Position numbers and translations under genes: made by a program
Part shown: in pieces, positions 11,901-25,600 of the stretch
Numbering within the stretch: the stretch's first letter is position 1
How the letters are laid out: the number at the start of each line of letters is the position of its first letter
Notes under the pieces: model-generated
What the model was told of the DNA's origin: nothing
Seen by the model: only the letters and a program-made list of their open reading frames with translations
The model's database searches: none
From: Balanoglossus misakiensis
Taxonomy: Eukaryota; Animalia; Hemichordata
Direction: 5' to 3'
NCBI GenBank assembly: GCA_040954595.2
Contig: CM082591.2
Coordinates: 10,743,309 to 10,807,308 of the forward strand
DNA: 64,000 bases

Positions 11901-13600
11901 GTGGAAAACTTTATTATCCTCATAGGCTTATCATGTGTTCTGCGCATCACAACAGACTTTTGTAAACAAACGAGGCTGTGTTTGGAAGCATCCATGGAAA
12001 TTTTAGAACTATCCGTCGATCTACAGAGTCTAGTGGAAAACTTTCTCATGCGCATAGACCTATCATGTGTTCTGCGCATCACAACAGATTTCCTCAAATA
12101 AACGAGGCTGTGTTTGGAAGCAACCATGGAAACTTTAGAACTATCCGTCGATCTACAGAGTCTAGTGGAAAACTTTCTTATCCTCATAGACCTATCATGT
12201 GTTCTGTGCATCACAACAGAATTCGGTAAATAAACGAGGGTGTGTTTGGAAGCAAACATGGAAACTTTAGAACTATCCGTCGATCTACAGAGTCCAGTGG
12301 AAAACTTTCTTATCCTCATAGACCTATCATGTGTTCTGCGCATCACAACAGAATTTTGTAAACAAACGAGGCTGTGTTTGGAAGCAACCATGGAAACTTT
12401 AGAACTATCCGTCGATCGACAGAGTCTAGTGGAAAACTTTCTTATCCTCATAGGCCTATCATGTGTTCTGCGCATCACAACAGAATTTTGTAAACAAACG
12501 AGGCTGTGTTTGGAAGCAACCATGGAAACTTTAGAACTATCCGTCGATCTACAGAGTCTAGTGGAAAACTTTTTTATCCTCATAGGCCTATCATGTGTTC
12601 TGCGCATCACAACAGAATTTTGTAAACAAACGAGGCTGTGTTTGGAAGCAACAATGGAAACTTTAGAACTATCCGTCGATCTACCGAGTCTATCAGAAAA
12701 CTTTCTCATGCGCATAGGTCTATCGTGTGTTCTGCGCATCACAACAGAATTTTGTAAACAAACGAGGCTGTGTTTGGAAGCAACCATGGAAACTTTAGAA
12801 CTATCCGTCGATCTACAGAGTCTAGTGGAAAACTTTCTTATGTGCATAGGTCTATCATGTGTTCTGCGCATCACAACATAATTTTTTAAACAATCGAGGC
12901 TGTGTTTGGAAGCAACCATGGAAACTTTAGAACTATCCGTCGATCTACAGAGTGTAGTGGAAAAATTTCTTATGCGCATAGGCCTATCATGTGTTCTGTG
13001 CATCACAACAGAATTCGGTAAATAAACGAGAGTGTGTTTGGAAGCAACCATGGAAACTTTAGAACTATCCGTCGATCGACAGATTCTAGTGGAAAACTTT
13101 CTTATGCGCATAGACCTATCATGTGTTCTGCGCATCACAACAGAATTTTGTAAACAAACGAGGCTGTGTTTGGAAGCAACCATGGAAACTTTAGAACTAT
13201 CCGTCGATCTACAGAGTCTAGTGGAAAACTTTCTCATCCTCATAGACCTATCATGTGTTCTGCGCATCACAACAGAATTTTGTAAACAAACGAGGCTGTG
13301 TTTGGAAGCAATCATGGAAACTTTAGAACTATCCGTCGATCTACAGAGTCTATACTAGTGGAAAACTTTCTTATGCGCATAGGCCTATCATGTGTTCTGC
13401 GCATCACAACAGATTTCCTTAAATAAACGAGGCTGTGTTTGGAAGCATCCATGGAAATTTTAGAACTATCCGTCGATCTACCGAGTCTATCAGAAAACTT
13501 TCTCATGCGCATAGGTCTATCGTGTGTTCTGCGCATCACAACAGATTTCCTCAAATAAACGAGGGTGTGTTTGGAAGCAACCATGGAAACTTTAGAACTA
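7610..13600. repeat. Run of related HOR units of 12, 13 and 18 monomers (1589, 1721, 2381 bp) that begin with the same cassette
   Basis: Homologous ORF starts lie at 7744, 9333, 11054 and 13435. Each unit starts with aatcatgg, then the 137-bp monomer, ccttaaat/gcatcc, atcagaaaac and cctcaaat/gagggt. Confidence 0.85.
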
Positions 13601-15199
13601 TCCGTCGATCTACAGAGTCTAGTGGAAAACTTTCTTATCCTCATAGACCTATCATGTGTTCTGCGCATCACAACAGAATTTTGTAAACAAACGAGGCTGT
13701 GTTTGGAAGCAACCATGGAAACTTTAGAACTATCCGTCGATCTACAGAGTCTAGTGGAAAACTTTCTTATCCTCATAGACCTATCATGTGTTCTGCGCAT
13801 CACAACAGAATTTTGTAAACAAACGAGGCTGTGTTTGGAAGCAACCATGGAACTTTAGAACTATCCGTCGATCTACAGAGTCTAGTGGAAAACTTTCTCA
13901 TCCTGATAGACCTATCATGTGTTCTGCACATCACAACATAATTTTGTAAACAAACGAGGCTGTGTTTGGAAGCAACCATGGAAACTTTAGAACTATCCGT
14001 CGATCTACAGAGTCTATACTAGTGGAAAACTTTCTCATGCGCATAGGTCTATCGTGTGTTCTGCGCATCACAACAGATTTCCTCAAATAAACGAGGGTGT
14101 GTTTGGAAGCATCCATGGAAATTTTAGAACTATCCGTCGATCTACCGAGTCTATCAGAAAACTTTCTCATGCGCATAGGTCTATCGTGTGTTCTGCGCAT
14201 CACAACAGAATTTTGTAAACAAACGAGGCTGTGTTTGGAAGCAACAATGGAAACTTTAGAACTATCCGTCGATCTACGGAGTCTAGTGGAAAACTTTCTT
14301 ATGCGCATAGACCTATCATGTGTTCTGCGCATCACAACAGAATTTTGTAAACAAACGAGGCTGTGTTTGGAAGCAACCATTGAAACTTTAGAACTATCCG
14401 TCGATCTACAGAGTCTAGTGGAAAACTTTCTTATGCGCATAGGCCTATCTATGTGTTCTGCGCATCACAAAAAAATTCGGTAAATAAACGAGGGTGTGTT
14501 TGGAAGCAACCATGGTAACTTTAGAACTATCCGTCGATCTACAGAGTCTAGTGGAAAACTTTCTTATGCGCATAGACCTATCATGTGTTCTGCGCATCAC
14601 AACAGAATTTTGTAAACAAACGAGGCCGTGTTTGGAGGCAACCATGGAAACTTTAGAACTATCCGTCGATCTACAGAGTCTAGAGGAAAACTGTCTTATC
14701 CTCATAGGCCTATCATGTGTTCTGCGCATCACAACAGAATTTTGTAAACAAACGAGGCCGTGTTTGGAAGCAACTATGGAAACTTTAGAACTATCCGTCG
14801 ATCTACAGAGTCTAGAGGAAAACTTTCTTATCCTCATAGGCCTATCATGTGTTCTGCGCATCACAACAGAATTTTGTAAACAAACGAGGCCGTGTTTGGA
14901 AGCAACCATGGAAACTTTAGAACTATCCGTCGATCTACAGAGTCTAGTGGAAAACTTTCTTATGCGCATAGGCCTATCATGTGCTCTGCGCATCACAACT
15001 GATTTCCTTAAATAACCGAGGCTGTGTTTGGAAGCATCCATGGAAATTTTAGAACTATCCGTCGATCTACCGAGTCTATCAGAAAACTTTCTCATGCGCA
15101 TACGTCTATCGTGTGTTCTGCGCATCACAACAGATTTCCTCAAATAAACGAGGCTGTGTTTGGAAGCAACCATGGAAATTTTAGAACTATCTGTCGATC

Positions 15200-18100
15200 T
15201 ACTGAGTCTAGTGGAAAACTTTCTTATGCGCATAGGCCTATCTATGTGTTCTGCGCATCACAAAAAAATTCGGTAAATAAACGAGGGTGTGTTTGGAAGC
15301 AACCATGGAAACTTTAGAACTATCCGTCGATCTACAGAGTCTAGTGGAAAACTTTCTTATGCGCATAGACCTATCATGTGTTCTGCGCATCACAACAGAA
15401 TTTTGTAAACAAACGAGGCCGTGTTTGGAAGCAACCATGGAAACGTTAGAACTATCCGTCGATCTACAGAGTCTAGAGGAAAACTTTCTTATCCTCATAG
15501 GCCTATCATGTGTTCTGCGCATCACAACAGAATTTTGTAAACAAACGAGGCTGTGTTTGGAAGCAACCATGGAAACTTTAGAACTATCCGTCGATCTACA
15601 GAGTCTAGTGGAAAACTTTCTTATCCTCATAGGCCTATCATGTGCTCTGCGCATCACAACTGATTTCCTTAAATAACCGAGGCTGTGTTTGGAAGCATCC
15701 ATGGAAATTTTAGAACTATCCGTCGATCTACCGAGTCTATCAGAAAACTTTCTCATGCGCATAGGTCTATCGTGTGTTCTGCGCATCACAACAGATTTCC
15801 TCAAATAAACGAGGCTGTGTTCGGAAGCAACCATGGAAATTTTAGAACTATCCGTCGATCTACTGAGTCTAGTGGAAAACTTTCTTATGCGCATAGGCCT
15901 ATCTATGTGTTCTGCGCATCACAAAAAAATTCGGTAAATAAACGAGGGTGTGTTTGGAAGCAACCATGGTAACTTTAGAACTATCCGTCGATCTACAGAG
16001 TCTAGTGGAAAACTTTCTTATGCGCATAGACCTATCATGTGTTCTGCGCATCACAACAGAATTTTGTAAACAAACGAGGCCGTGTTTGGAGGCAACCATG
16101 GAAACTTTAGAACTATCCGTCGATCTACAGAGTCTAGAGGAAAACTGTATTATCCTCATAGGCCTATCATGTGTTCTGCGCATCACAACAGAATTTTGTA
16201 AACAAACGAGGCCGTGTTTGGAAGCAACTATGGAAACTTTAGAACTATCCGTCGATCTACAGAGTCTAGAGGAAAACTTTCTTATCCTCATAGGCCTATC
16301 ATGTGTTCTGCGCATCACAACAGAATTTTGTAAACAAACGAGGCTGTGTTTGGAAGCAACCATGGAAACTTTAGAACTATACGTCGATCTACAGAGTCTA
16401 GTGGAAAACTTTCTTATGCGCATAGGCCTATCTATGTGTTCTGCGCATCACAAAAGAATTCGGTAAATAAACGAGGGTGTGTTTGGAAGCAACCATGGTA
16501 ACTTTAGAACTATCCGTCGATCTACAGAGTCTAGTGGAAAACTTTCTTATGCGCATAGACCTATCATGTGTTCTGCGCATCACAACAGAATTTTGTAAAC
16601 AAACGAGGCCGTGTTTGGAAGCAACCATGGAAACTTTAGAACTATCCGTCGATCTACAGAGTCTAGTGGAAAACTTTCTTATGCGCATAGACCTATCATG
16701 TGTTCTGCGCATCACAACAGAATTTTGTAAACAAACGAGGCCGTGTTTGGAGGCAACCATGGAAACTTTAGAACTATCCGTCGATCTACAGAGTCTAGAG
16801 GAAAACTGTCTTATGCGCATAGGCCTATCTATGTGTTCTGCGCATCACAAAAAAATTCGGTAAATAAACGAGGGTGTGTTTGGAAGCAACCATGGTAACT
16901 TTAGAACTATCCGTCGATCTACAGAGTCTAGTGGAAAACTTTCTTATGCGCATAGACCTATCATGTGTTCTGCGCATCACAACAGAATTTTGTAAACAAA
17001 CGAGGCCGTGTTTGGAGGCAACCATGGAAACTTTAGAACTATCCGTCGATCTACAGAGTCTAGAGGAAAACTGTCTTATCCTCATAGGCCTATCATGTGT
17101 TCTGCGCATCACAACAGAATTTTGTAAACAAACGAGGCCGTGTTTGGAAGCAACTATGGAAACTTTAGAACTATCCGTCGATCTACAGAGTCTAGAGGAA
17201 AACTTTCTTATCCTCATAGGCCTATCATGTGTTCTGCGCATCACAACAGAATTTTGTAAACAAACGAGGCCGTGTTTGGAAGCAACCATGGAAACTTTAG
17301 AACTATCCGTCGATCTACAGAGTCTAGAGGAAAACTTTCTTATCCTCATAGGCCTATCATGTGTTCTGCGCATCACAACAGAATTTTGTAAACAAACGAG
17401 GCTGTGTTTGGAAGCAACCATGGAAACTTTAGAACTATCCGTCGATCTACAGAGTCTAGTGGAAAACTTTCTTATGCGCATAGGCCTATCATGTGCTCTG
17501 CGCATCACAACTGATTTCCTTAAATAACCGAGGCTGTGTTTGGAAGCATCCATGGAAATTTTAGAACTATCCGTCGATCTACCGAGTCTATCAGAAAACT
17601 TTCTCATGCGCATAGGTCTATCGTGTGTTCTGCGCATCACAACAGATTTCCTCAAATAAACGAGGCTGTGTTCGGAAGCAACCATGGAAATTTTAGAACT
17701 ATCCGTCGATCTACTGAGTCTAGTGGAAAACTTTCTTATGCGCATAGGCCTATCTATGTGTTCTGCGCATCACAAAAGAATTCGGTAAATAAACGAGGGT
17801 GTGTTTGGAAGCAACCATGGAAACTTTAGAACTATCCGTCGATCTACAGAGTCTAGTGGAAAACTTTCTTATGCGCATAGACCTATCATGTGTTCTGCGC
17901 ATCACAACAGAATTTTGTAAACAAACGAGGCCGTGTTTGGAAGCAACCATGGAAACGTTAGAACTATCCGTCGATCTACAGAGTCTAGAGGAAAACTTTC
18001 TTATCCTCATAGGCCTATCATGTGTTCTGCGCATCACAACAGAATTTTGTAAACAAACGAGGCTGTGTTTGGAAGCAACCATGGAAACTTTAGAACTATC

Positions 18101-20290
18101 CGTCGATCTACAGAGTCTAGTGGAAAACTTTCTTATCCTCATAGGCCTATCATGTGCTCTGCGCATCACAACTGATTTCCTTAAATAACCGAGGCTGTGT
18201 TTGGAAGCATCCATGGAAATTTTAGAACTATCCGTCGATCTACCGAGTCTATCAGAAAACTTTCTCATGCGCATAGGTCTATCGTGTGTTCTGCGCATCA
18301 CAACAGATTTCCTCAAATAAACGAGGCTGTGTTCGGAAGCAACCATGGAAATTTTAGAACTATCCGTCGATCTACTGAGTCTAGTGGAAAACTTTCTTAT
18401 GCGCATAGGCCTATCTATGTGTTCTGCGCATCACAAAAAAATTCGGTAAATAAACGAGGGTGTGTTTGGAAGCAACCATGGTAACTTTAGAACTATCCGT
18501 CGATCTACAGAGTCTAGTGGAAAACTTTCTTATGCGCATAGACCTATCATGTGTTCTGCGCATCACAACAGAATTTTGTAAACAAACGAGGCCGTGTTTG
18601 GAGGCAACCATGGAAACTTTAGAACTATCCGTCGATCTACAGAGTCTAGAGGAAAACTGTCTTATCCTCATAGGCCTATCATGTGTTCTGCGCATCACAA
18701 CAGAATTTTGTAAACAAACGAGGCCGTGTTTGGAAGCAACTATGGAAACTTTAGAACTATCCGTCGATCTACAGAGTCTAGAGGAAAACTTTCTTATCCT
18801 CATAGGCCTATCATGTGTTCTGCGCATCACAACAGAATTTTGTAAACAAACGAGGCTGTGTTTGGAAGCAACCATGGAAACTTTAGAACTATCCGTCGAT
18901 CTACAGAGTCTAGTGGAAAACTTTCTTATGCGCATAGGCCTATCTATGTGTTCTGCGCATCACAAAAGAATTCGGTAAATAAACGAGGGTGTGTTTGGAA
19001 GCAACCATGGTAACTTTAGAACTATCCGTCGATCTACAGAGTCTAGTGGAAAACTTTCTTATGCGCATAGACCTATCATGTGTTCTGCGCATCACAACAG
19101 AATTTTGTAAACAAACGAGGCCGTGTTTGGAAGCAACCATGGAAACTTTAGAACTATCCGTCGATCTACAGAGTCTAGTGGAAAACTTTCTTATGCGCAT
19201 AGACCTATCATGTGTTCTGCGCATCACAACAGAATTTTGTAAACAAACGAGGCCGTGTTTGGAGGCAACCATGGAAACTTTAGAACTATCCGTCGATCTA
19301 CAGAGTCTAGAGGAAAACTGTCTTATGCGCATAGGCCTATCTATGTGTTCTGCGCATCACAAAAAAATTCGGTAAATAAACGAGGGTGTGTTTGGAAGCA
19401 ACCATGGTAACTTTAGAACTATCCGTCGATCTACAGAGTCTAGTGGAAAACTTTCTTATGCGCATAGACCTATCATGTGTTCTGCGCATCACAACAGAAT
19501 TTTGTAAACAAACGAGGCCGTGTTTGGAGGCAACCATGGAAACTTTAGAACTATCCGTCGATCTACAGAGTCTAGAGGAAAACTGTCTTATCCTCATAGG
19601 CCTATCATGTGTTCTGCGCATCACAACAGAATTTTGTAAACAAACGAGGCCGTGTTTGGAAGCAACTATGGAAACTTTAGAACTATCCGTCGATCTACAG
19701 AGTCTAGAGGAAAACTTTCTTATCCTCATAGGCCTATCATGTGTTCTGCGCATCACAACAGAATTTTGTAAACAAACGAGGCCGTGTTTGGAAGCAACCA
19801 TGGAAACTTTAGAACTATCCGTCGATCTACAGAGTCTAGAGGAAAACTTTCTTATCCTCATAGGCCTATCATGTGTTCTGCGCATCACAACAGAATTTTG
19901 TAAACAAACGAGGCTGTGTTTGGAAGCAACCATGGAAACTTTAGAACTATCCGTCGATCTACAGAGTCTAGTGGAAAACTTTCTTATGCGCATAGGCCTA
20001 TCATGTGCTCTGCGCATCACAACTGATTTCCTTAAATAACCGAGGCTGTGTTTGGAAGCATCCATGGAAATTTTAGAACTATCCGTCGATCTACCGAGTC
20101 TATCAGAAAACTTTCTCATGCGCATAGGTCTATCGTGTGTTCTGCGCATCACAACAGATTTCCTCAAATAAACGAGGCTGTGTTCGGAAGCAACCATGGA
20201 AATTTTAGAACTATCCGTCGATCTACTGAGTCTAGTGGAAAACTTTCTTATGCGCATAGGCCTATCTATGTGTTCTGCGCATCACAAAAG
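15200..20290. repeat. Tandem duplication of a 2512-bp (19-monomer) block
   Basis: ORF pairs 15238/17750, 15899/18411, 16428/18940, 16825/19337 and 17536/20048 are offset by 2512 = 19x132+4 (four +1 monomers). The private aaacgttag variant is at ~15441 and ~17953. Confidence 0.92.
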
Positions 20291-21069
20291 AATTCGGTAA
20301 ATAAACGAGGGTGTGTTTGGAAACAACCATGGTAACTTTAGAACTATCCGTCGATCTACAGAGTCTAGTGGAAAACTTTCTTATGCGCATAGACCTATCA
20401 TGTGTTCTGCGCATCACAACAGAATTTTGTAAACAAACGAGGCTGTGTTTGGAAGCAACCATGGAAACTTTAGAACTATCCGTCGATCTACAGAGTCTAG
20501 TGGAAAACTTTCTTATGCGCATAGGCCTATCATGTGCTCTGCGCATCACAACTGATTTCCTTAAATAACCGAGGCTGTGTTTGGAAGCATCCATGGAAAT
20601 TTTAGAACTATCCGTCGTTCTACCGAGTCTATCAGAAAACTTTCTCATGCGCATAGGTCTATCGTGTGTTCTGCGCATCACAACAGATTTCCTCAAATAA
20701 ACGAGGCTGTGTTCGGAAGCAACCATGGAAATTTTAGAACTATCCGTCGATCTACTGAGTCTAGTGGAAAACTTTCTTATGCGCATAGGCCTATCTATGT
20801 GTTCTGCGCATCACAAAAGAATTCGGTAAATAAACGAGGGTGTGTTTGGAAGCAACCATGGTAACTTTAGAATTATCCGTCGATCTACAGAGTCTAGTGG
20901 AAAACTTTCTTATGCGCATAGACCTATCATGTGTTCTGCGCATCACAACAGAATTTTGTAAACAAACGAGGCCGTGTTTGGAGGCAACCATGGAAACTTT
21001 AGAACTATCCGTCGATCTACAGAGTCTAGAGGAAAACTTTCTTATCCTCATAGGCCTATCATGTGTTCT

Positions 21070-22675
21070 GCGCATCACAACAGAATTTTGTAAACAAACG
21101 AGGCTGTGTTTGGAAGCAACCATGGAAACTTTAGAACTATCCGTCGATCTACAGTGTCTAGTGGAAAACTTTCTTATGCGCATAGGCCTATCTATGTGTT
21201 CTGCGCATCACAAAAGAATTCGGTAAATAAACGAGGGTGTGTTTGGAAGCAACCATGGGAACTTTAGAACTATCCGTCGATCTACAGAGTCTAGTGGAAA
21301 ACTTTCTTATGCGCATAGACCTATCATGTGTTCTGCGCATCACAACAGAATTTTGTAAACAAACGAGGCCGTGTTTGGAAGCAACCATGGAAACTTTAGA
21401 ACTATCCGTCGATCTACAGAGTCTAGAGGAAAACTTTCTCATCCTCATAGGCCTATCATGTGTTCTGCGCATCACAACAGAATTTTGTAAACAAACGAGG
21501 CCGTGTTTGGAAGCAACTATGGAAACTTTAGAACTATCCGTCGATCTACAGAGTCTAGAGGAAAACTTTCTTATCCTCATAGGCCTATCATGCGTTCTGC
21601 GCATCACAACAGAATTTTGTAAACAAACGAGGCTGTGTTTGGAAGCAACCATGGAAACTTTAGAACTATACGTCGATCTACAGAGTCTAGTGGAAAACTT
21701 TCTTATGCGCATAGACCTATCATGTGTTCTGCGCATCACAGCAGAATTTTTTAAACAAACGAGGCTGTGTTTTGAAGCAACCATGGAAACTTTAGAACTA
21801 TCCGTCGATCTACAGAGTCCAGTGGAAAACTTTCTTATCCTCATAGGCCTATCATGTGTTCTGCGCATCACAACAGAATTTTGTAAACAAACGAGGCTGT
21901 GTTTGGAAGCAACCATGGAAACTTTAGAACTATCCGTCGATCTACAGTGTCTAGTGGAAAACTTTCTTATGCGCATAGGCCTATCTATGTGTTCTGCGCA
22001 TCACAAAAGAATTCGGTAAATAAACGAGGGTGTGTTTGGAAGCAACCATGGTAACTTTAGAACTATCCGTCGATCTACAGAGTCTAGTGGAAAACTTTCT
22101 TATGCGCATAGACCTATCATGTGTTCTGCGCATCACAACAGAATTTTGTAAACAAACGAGGCCGTGTTTGGAAGCAACCATGGAAACTTTAGAACTATCC
22201 GTCGATCTACAGAGTCTAGAGGAAAACTTTCTCATCCTCATAGGCCTATCATGTGTTCTGCGCATCACAACAGAATTTTGTAAACAAACGAGGCCGTGTT
22301 TGGAAGCAACTATGGAAACTTTAGAACTATCCGTCGATCTACAGAGTCTAGAGGAAAACTTTCTTATCCTCATAGGCCTATCATGCGTTCTGCGCATCAC
22401 AACAGAATTTTGTAAACAAACGAGGCTGTGTTTGGAAGCAACCATGGAAACTTTAGAACTATACGTCGATCTACAGAGTCTAGTGGAAAACTTTCTTATG
22501 CGCATAGACCTATCATGTGTTCTGCGCATCACAGCAGAATTTTTTAAACAAACGAGGCTGTGTTTTGAAGCAACCATGGAAACTTTAGAACTATCCGTCG
22601 ATCTACAGAGTCCAGTGGAAAACTTTCTTATCCTCATAGGCCTATCATGTGTTCTGCGCATCACAACAGAATTTT
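21070..22675. repeat. Tandem duplication of a 793-bp (6-monomer) block
   Basis: ORF pairs 21188/21981 and 21237/22030 are offset by 793. acagtgtcta, tcatgcgttc, tatacgtc and gcagaatttttt...ttttgaag are shared. Confidence 0.85.
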
Positions 22676-25600
22676 GTATACAAACGACGCTGTGTTTGGA
22701 AGCAACACTGGAAACTTTAGAACTATCCGTCGATCTACAGAGTCTAGTGGAAAACTTTCTTATGCGCATAGACCTATCATGTGTTCTGCGCATCACAACA
22801 GAATTTTGTAAACAAACGAGGCTGTGTTTGGAAGCAACCATGGAAACTTTAGAACTATCCGTCGATCTACAGAGTCTAGTGGAAAACTTTCTTATGCGCA
22901 TAGACCTATCATGTGTTCTGCGCATCACAACAGAATTTTGTAAACAAACGAGGCTGTGTTTGGAAGCAACCATGGAAACTTTAGAACTATCCGTCGTTCT
23001 ACAGAGTCTAGATGAAAACTTTCTAATCCTCATAGGCCTATCATGTGTTCTGCGCATCACAACAGAATTTTGTAAACAAACGAGGCTGTGTTTGGAAGCA
23101 ACCATGGAAACTTTAGAACTATCCGTCGATCTACAGAGTCTAGTGGAAAACTTTCTTATGCGCATAGACCTATCATGTGTTCTGCGCATCACAACAGAAT
23201 TTTGTAAACAAACGAGGCTGTGTTTGGAAGCAACCATGGAAACTTTAGAACTATACGTCGATCTACAGAGTCTAGTGGAAAGCTTTCTTATGCGCATAGA
23301 CCTATCATGTGTTCTGCGCATCACAACAGAATTTTGTAAACAAACGAGGATGTGTTTGGAAGCAACAATGGAAACTTTAGAACTATCCGTCGATCTACAG
23401 AGTCCAGTGGAAAACTTTCTTATCCTCATAGGCCTATCATGTGTTCTGCGCATCACAACAGAATTTTGTAAACAAACGAGGCTGTGTTTGGAAGCAACCA
23501 TGGAAACTTTAGAACTATCCGTCGATCTACAGAGTCTAGTGGAAAACTTTCTTATGCGCATACGCCTATCATGTGCTCTGCGCATCACAACTGATTTCCT
23601 TAAATAACCGAGGCTGTGTTTGGAAGCATCCATGGAAATTTTAGAACTATCCGTCGATCTACCGAGTCTATCAGAAAACTTTCTCATGCGCATACGTCTA
23701 TCATGTGTTCTGCGCATCACAGCAGAATTTTTTAAACAAACGAGGCTGTGTTTTGAAGCAACCATGGAAACTTTAGAACTATCCGTCGATCTACAGAGTC
23801 CAGTGGAAAACTTTCTTATCCTCATAGGCCTATCATGTGTTCTGCGCATCACAACAGAATTTTGTATACAAACGACGCTGTGTTTGGAAGCAACACTGGA
23901 AACTTTAGAACTATCCGTCGATCTACAGAGTCTAGTGGAAAACTTTCTTATGCGCATAGACCTATCATGTGTTCTGCGCATCACAACAGAATTTTGTAAA
24001 CAAACGAGGCTGTGTTTGGAAGCAACCATGGAAACTTTAGAACTATCCGTCGATCTACAGAGTCTAGTGGAAAACTTTCTTATGCGCATAGACCTATCAT
24101 GTGTTCTGCGCATCACAACAGAATTTTGTAAACAAACGAGGCTGTGTTTGGAAGCAACCATGGAAACTTTAGAACTATCCGTCGTTCTACAGAGTCTAGA
24201 TGAAAACTTTCTAATCCTCATAGGCCTATCATGTGTTCTGCGCATCACAACAGAATTTTGTAAACAAACGAGGCTGTGTTTGGAAGCAACCATGGAAACT
24301 TTAGAACTATCCGTCGATCTACAGAGTCTAGTGGAAAACTTTCTTATGCGCATAGACCTATCATGTGTTCTGCGCATCACAACAGAATTTTGTAAACAAA
24401 CGAGGCTGTGTTTGGAAGCAACCATGGAAACTTTAGAACTATCCGTCGATCTACAGAGTCTAGTGGAAAACTTTCTTATGCGCATAGACCTATCATGTGT
24501 TCTGCGCATCACAACAGAATTTTGTAAACAAACGAGGCTGTGTTTGGAAGCAACCATGGAAACTTTAGAACTATCCGTCGTTCTACAGAGTCTAGATGAA
24601 AACTTTCTAATCCTCATAGGCCTATCATGTGTTCTGCGCATCACAACAGAATTTTGTAAACAAACGAGGCTGTGTTTGGAAGCAACCATGGAAACTTTAG
24701 AATTATCCGTCGATCTACAGAGTCTAGTGGAAAGCTTTCTTATGCGCATAGACCTATCATGTGTTCTGCGCATCACAACAGAATTTTGTAAACAAACGAG
24801 GATGTGTTTGGAAGCAACCATGGAAACTTTAGAACTATCCGTCGATCTACAGAGTCCAGTGGAAAACTTTCTTATCCTCATAGGCCTATCATGTGTTCTG
24901 CGCATCACAACAGAATTTTGTAAACAAACGAGGCTGTGTTTGGAAGCAACCATGGAAACTTTAGAACTATCCGTCGATCTACAGAGTCTAGTGGAAAACT
25001 TTCTTATGCGCATAGGCCTATCATGTGCTCTGCGCATCACAACTGATTTCCTTAAATAACCGAGGCTGTGTTTGGAAGCATCCATGGAAAATTTAGAACT
25101 ATCCGTCGATCTACCGAGTCTATCAGAAAACTTTCTCATGCGCATACGTCTATCATGTGTTCTGCGCATCACAGCAGAATTTTTTAAACAAACGAGGCTG
25201 TGTTTTGAAGCAACCATGGAAACTTTAGAACTATCCGTCGATCTACAGAGTCCAGTGGAAAACTTTCTTATCCTCATAGGCCTATCATGTGTTCTGCGCA
25301 TCACAACAGAATTTTGTATACAAACGAGGCTGTGTTTGGAAGCAACCATGGAAACTTTAGAACTATCCGTCGATCTACAGAGTCTAGTGGAAAACTTTCT
25401 TATGCGCATAGACCTATCATGTGTTCTGCGCATCACAACAGAATTTTGTAAACAAACGAGGCTGTGTTTGGAAGCAACCATGGAAACTTTAGAACTATCC
25501 GTCGTTCTACAGAGTCTAGATGAAAACTTTCTAATCCTCATAGGCCTATCATGTGTTCTGCGCATCACAACAGAATTTTGTAAACAAACGAGGCTGTGTT

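Larger units (their letters stand above)
1..14430. repeat. Satellite domain I: variable-length higher-order repeats marked by the 137-bp (+5, gtctatactagt) monomer
   Basis: The +5 insertion occurs at ~525, 2763, 3428, 4611, 5276, 6995, 7660, 9249, 10970, 13351 and 14015. A 1-bp deletion (atggaacttt) occurs at ~358, 2598, 4446, 6830 and 13850. The tatctatg, gaggccg and ggtaact variants of later domains were not seen here. Confidence 0.85.

Noticed and set aside
14474-14496. Canonical functional CENP-B box as an annotated regulatory feature
   Set aside because: The spacing is 2 bp off and CGGG is not matched, so it is kept only as a low-confidence finding.
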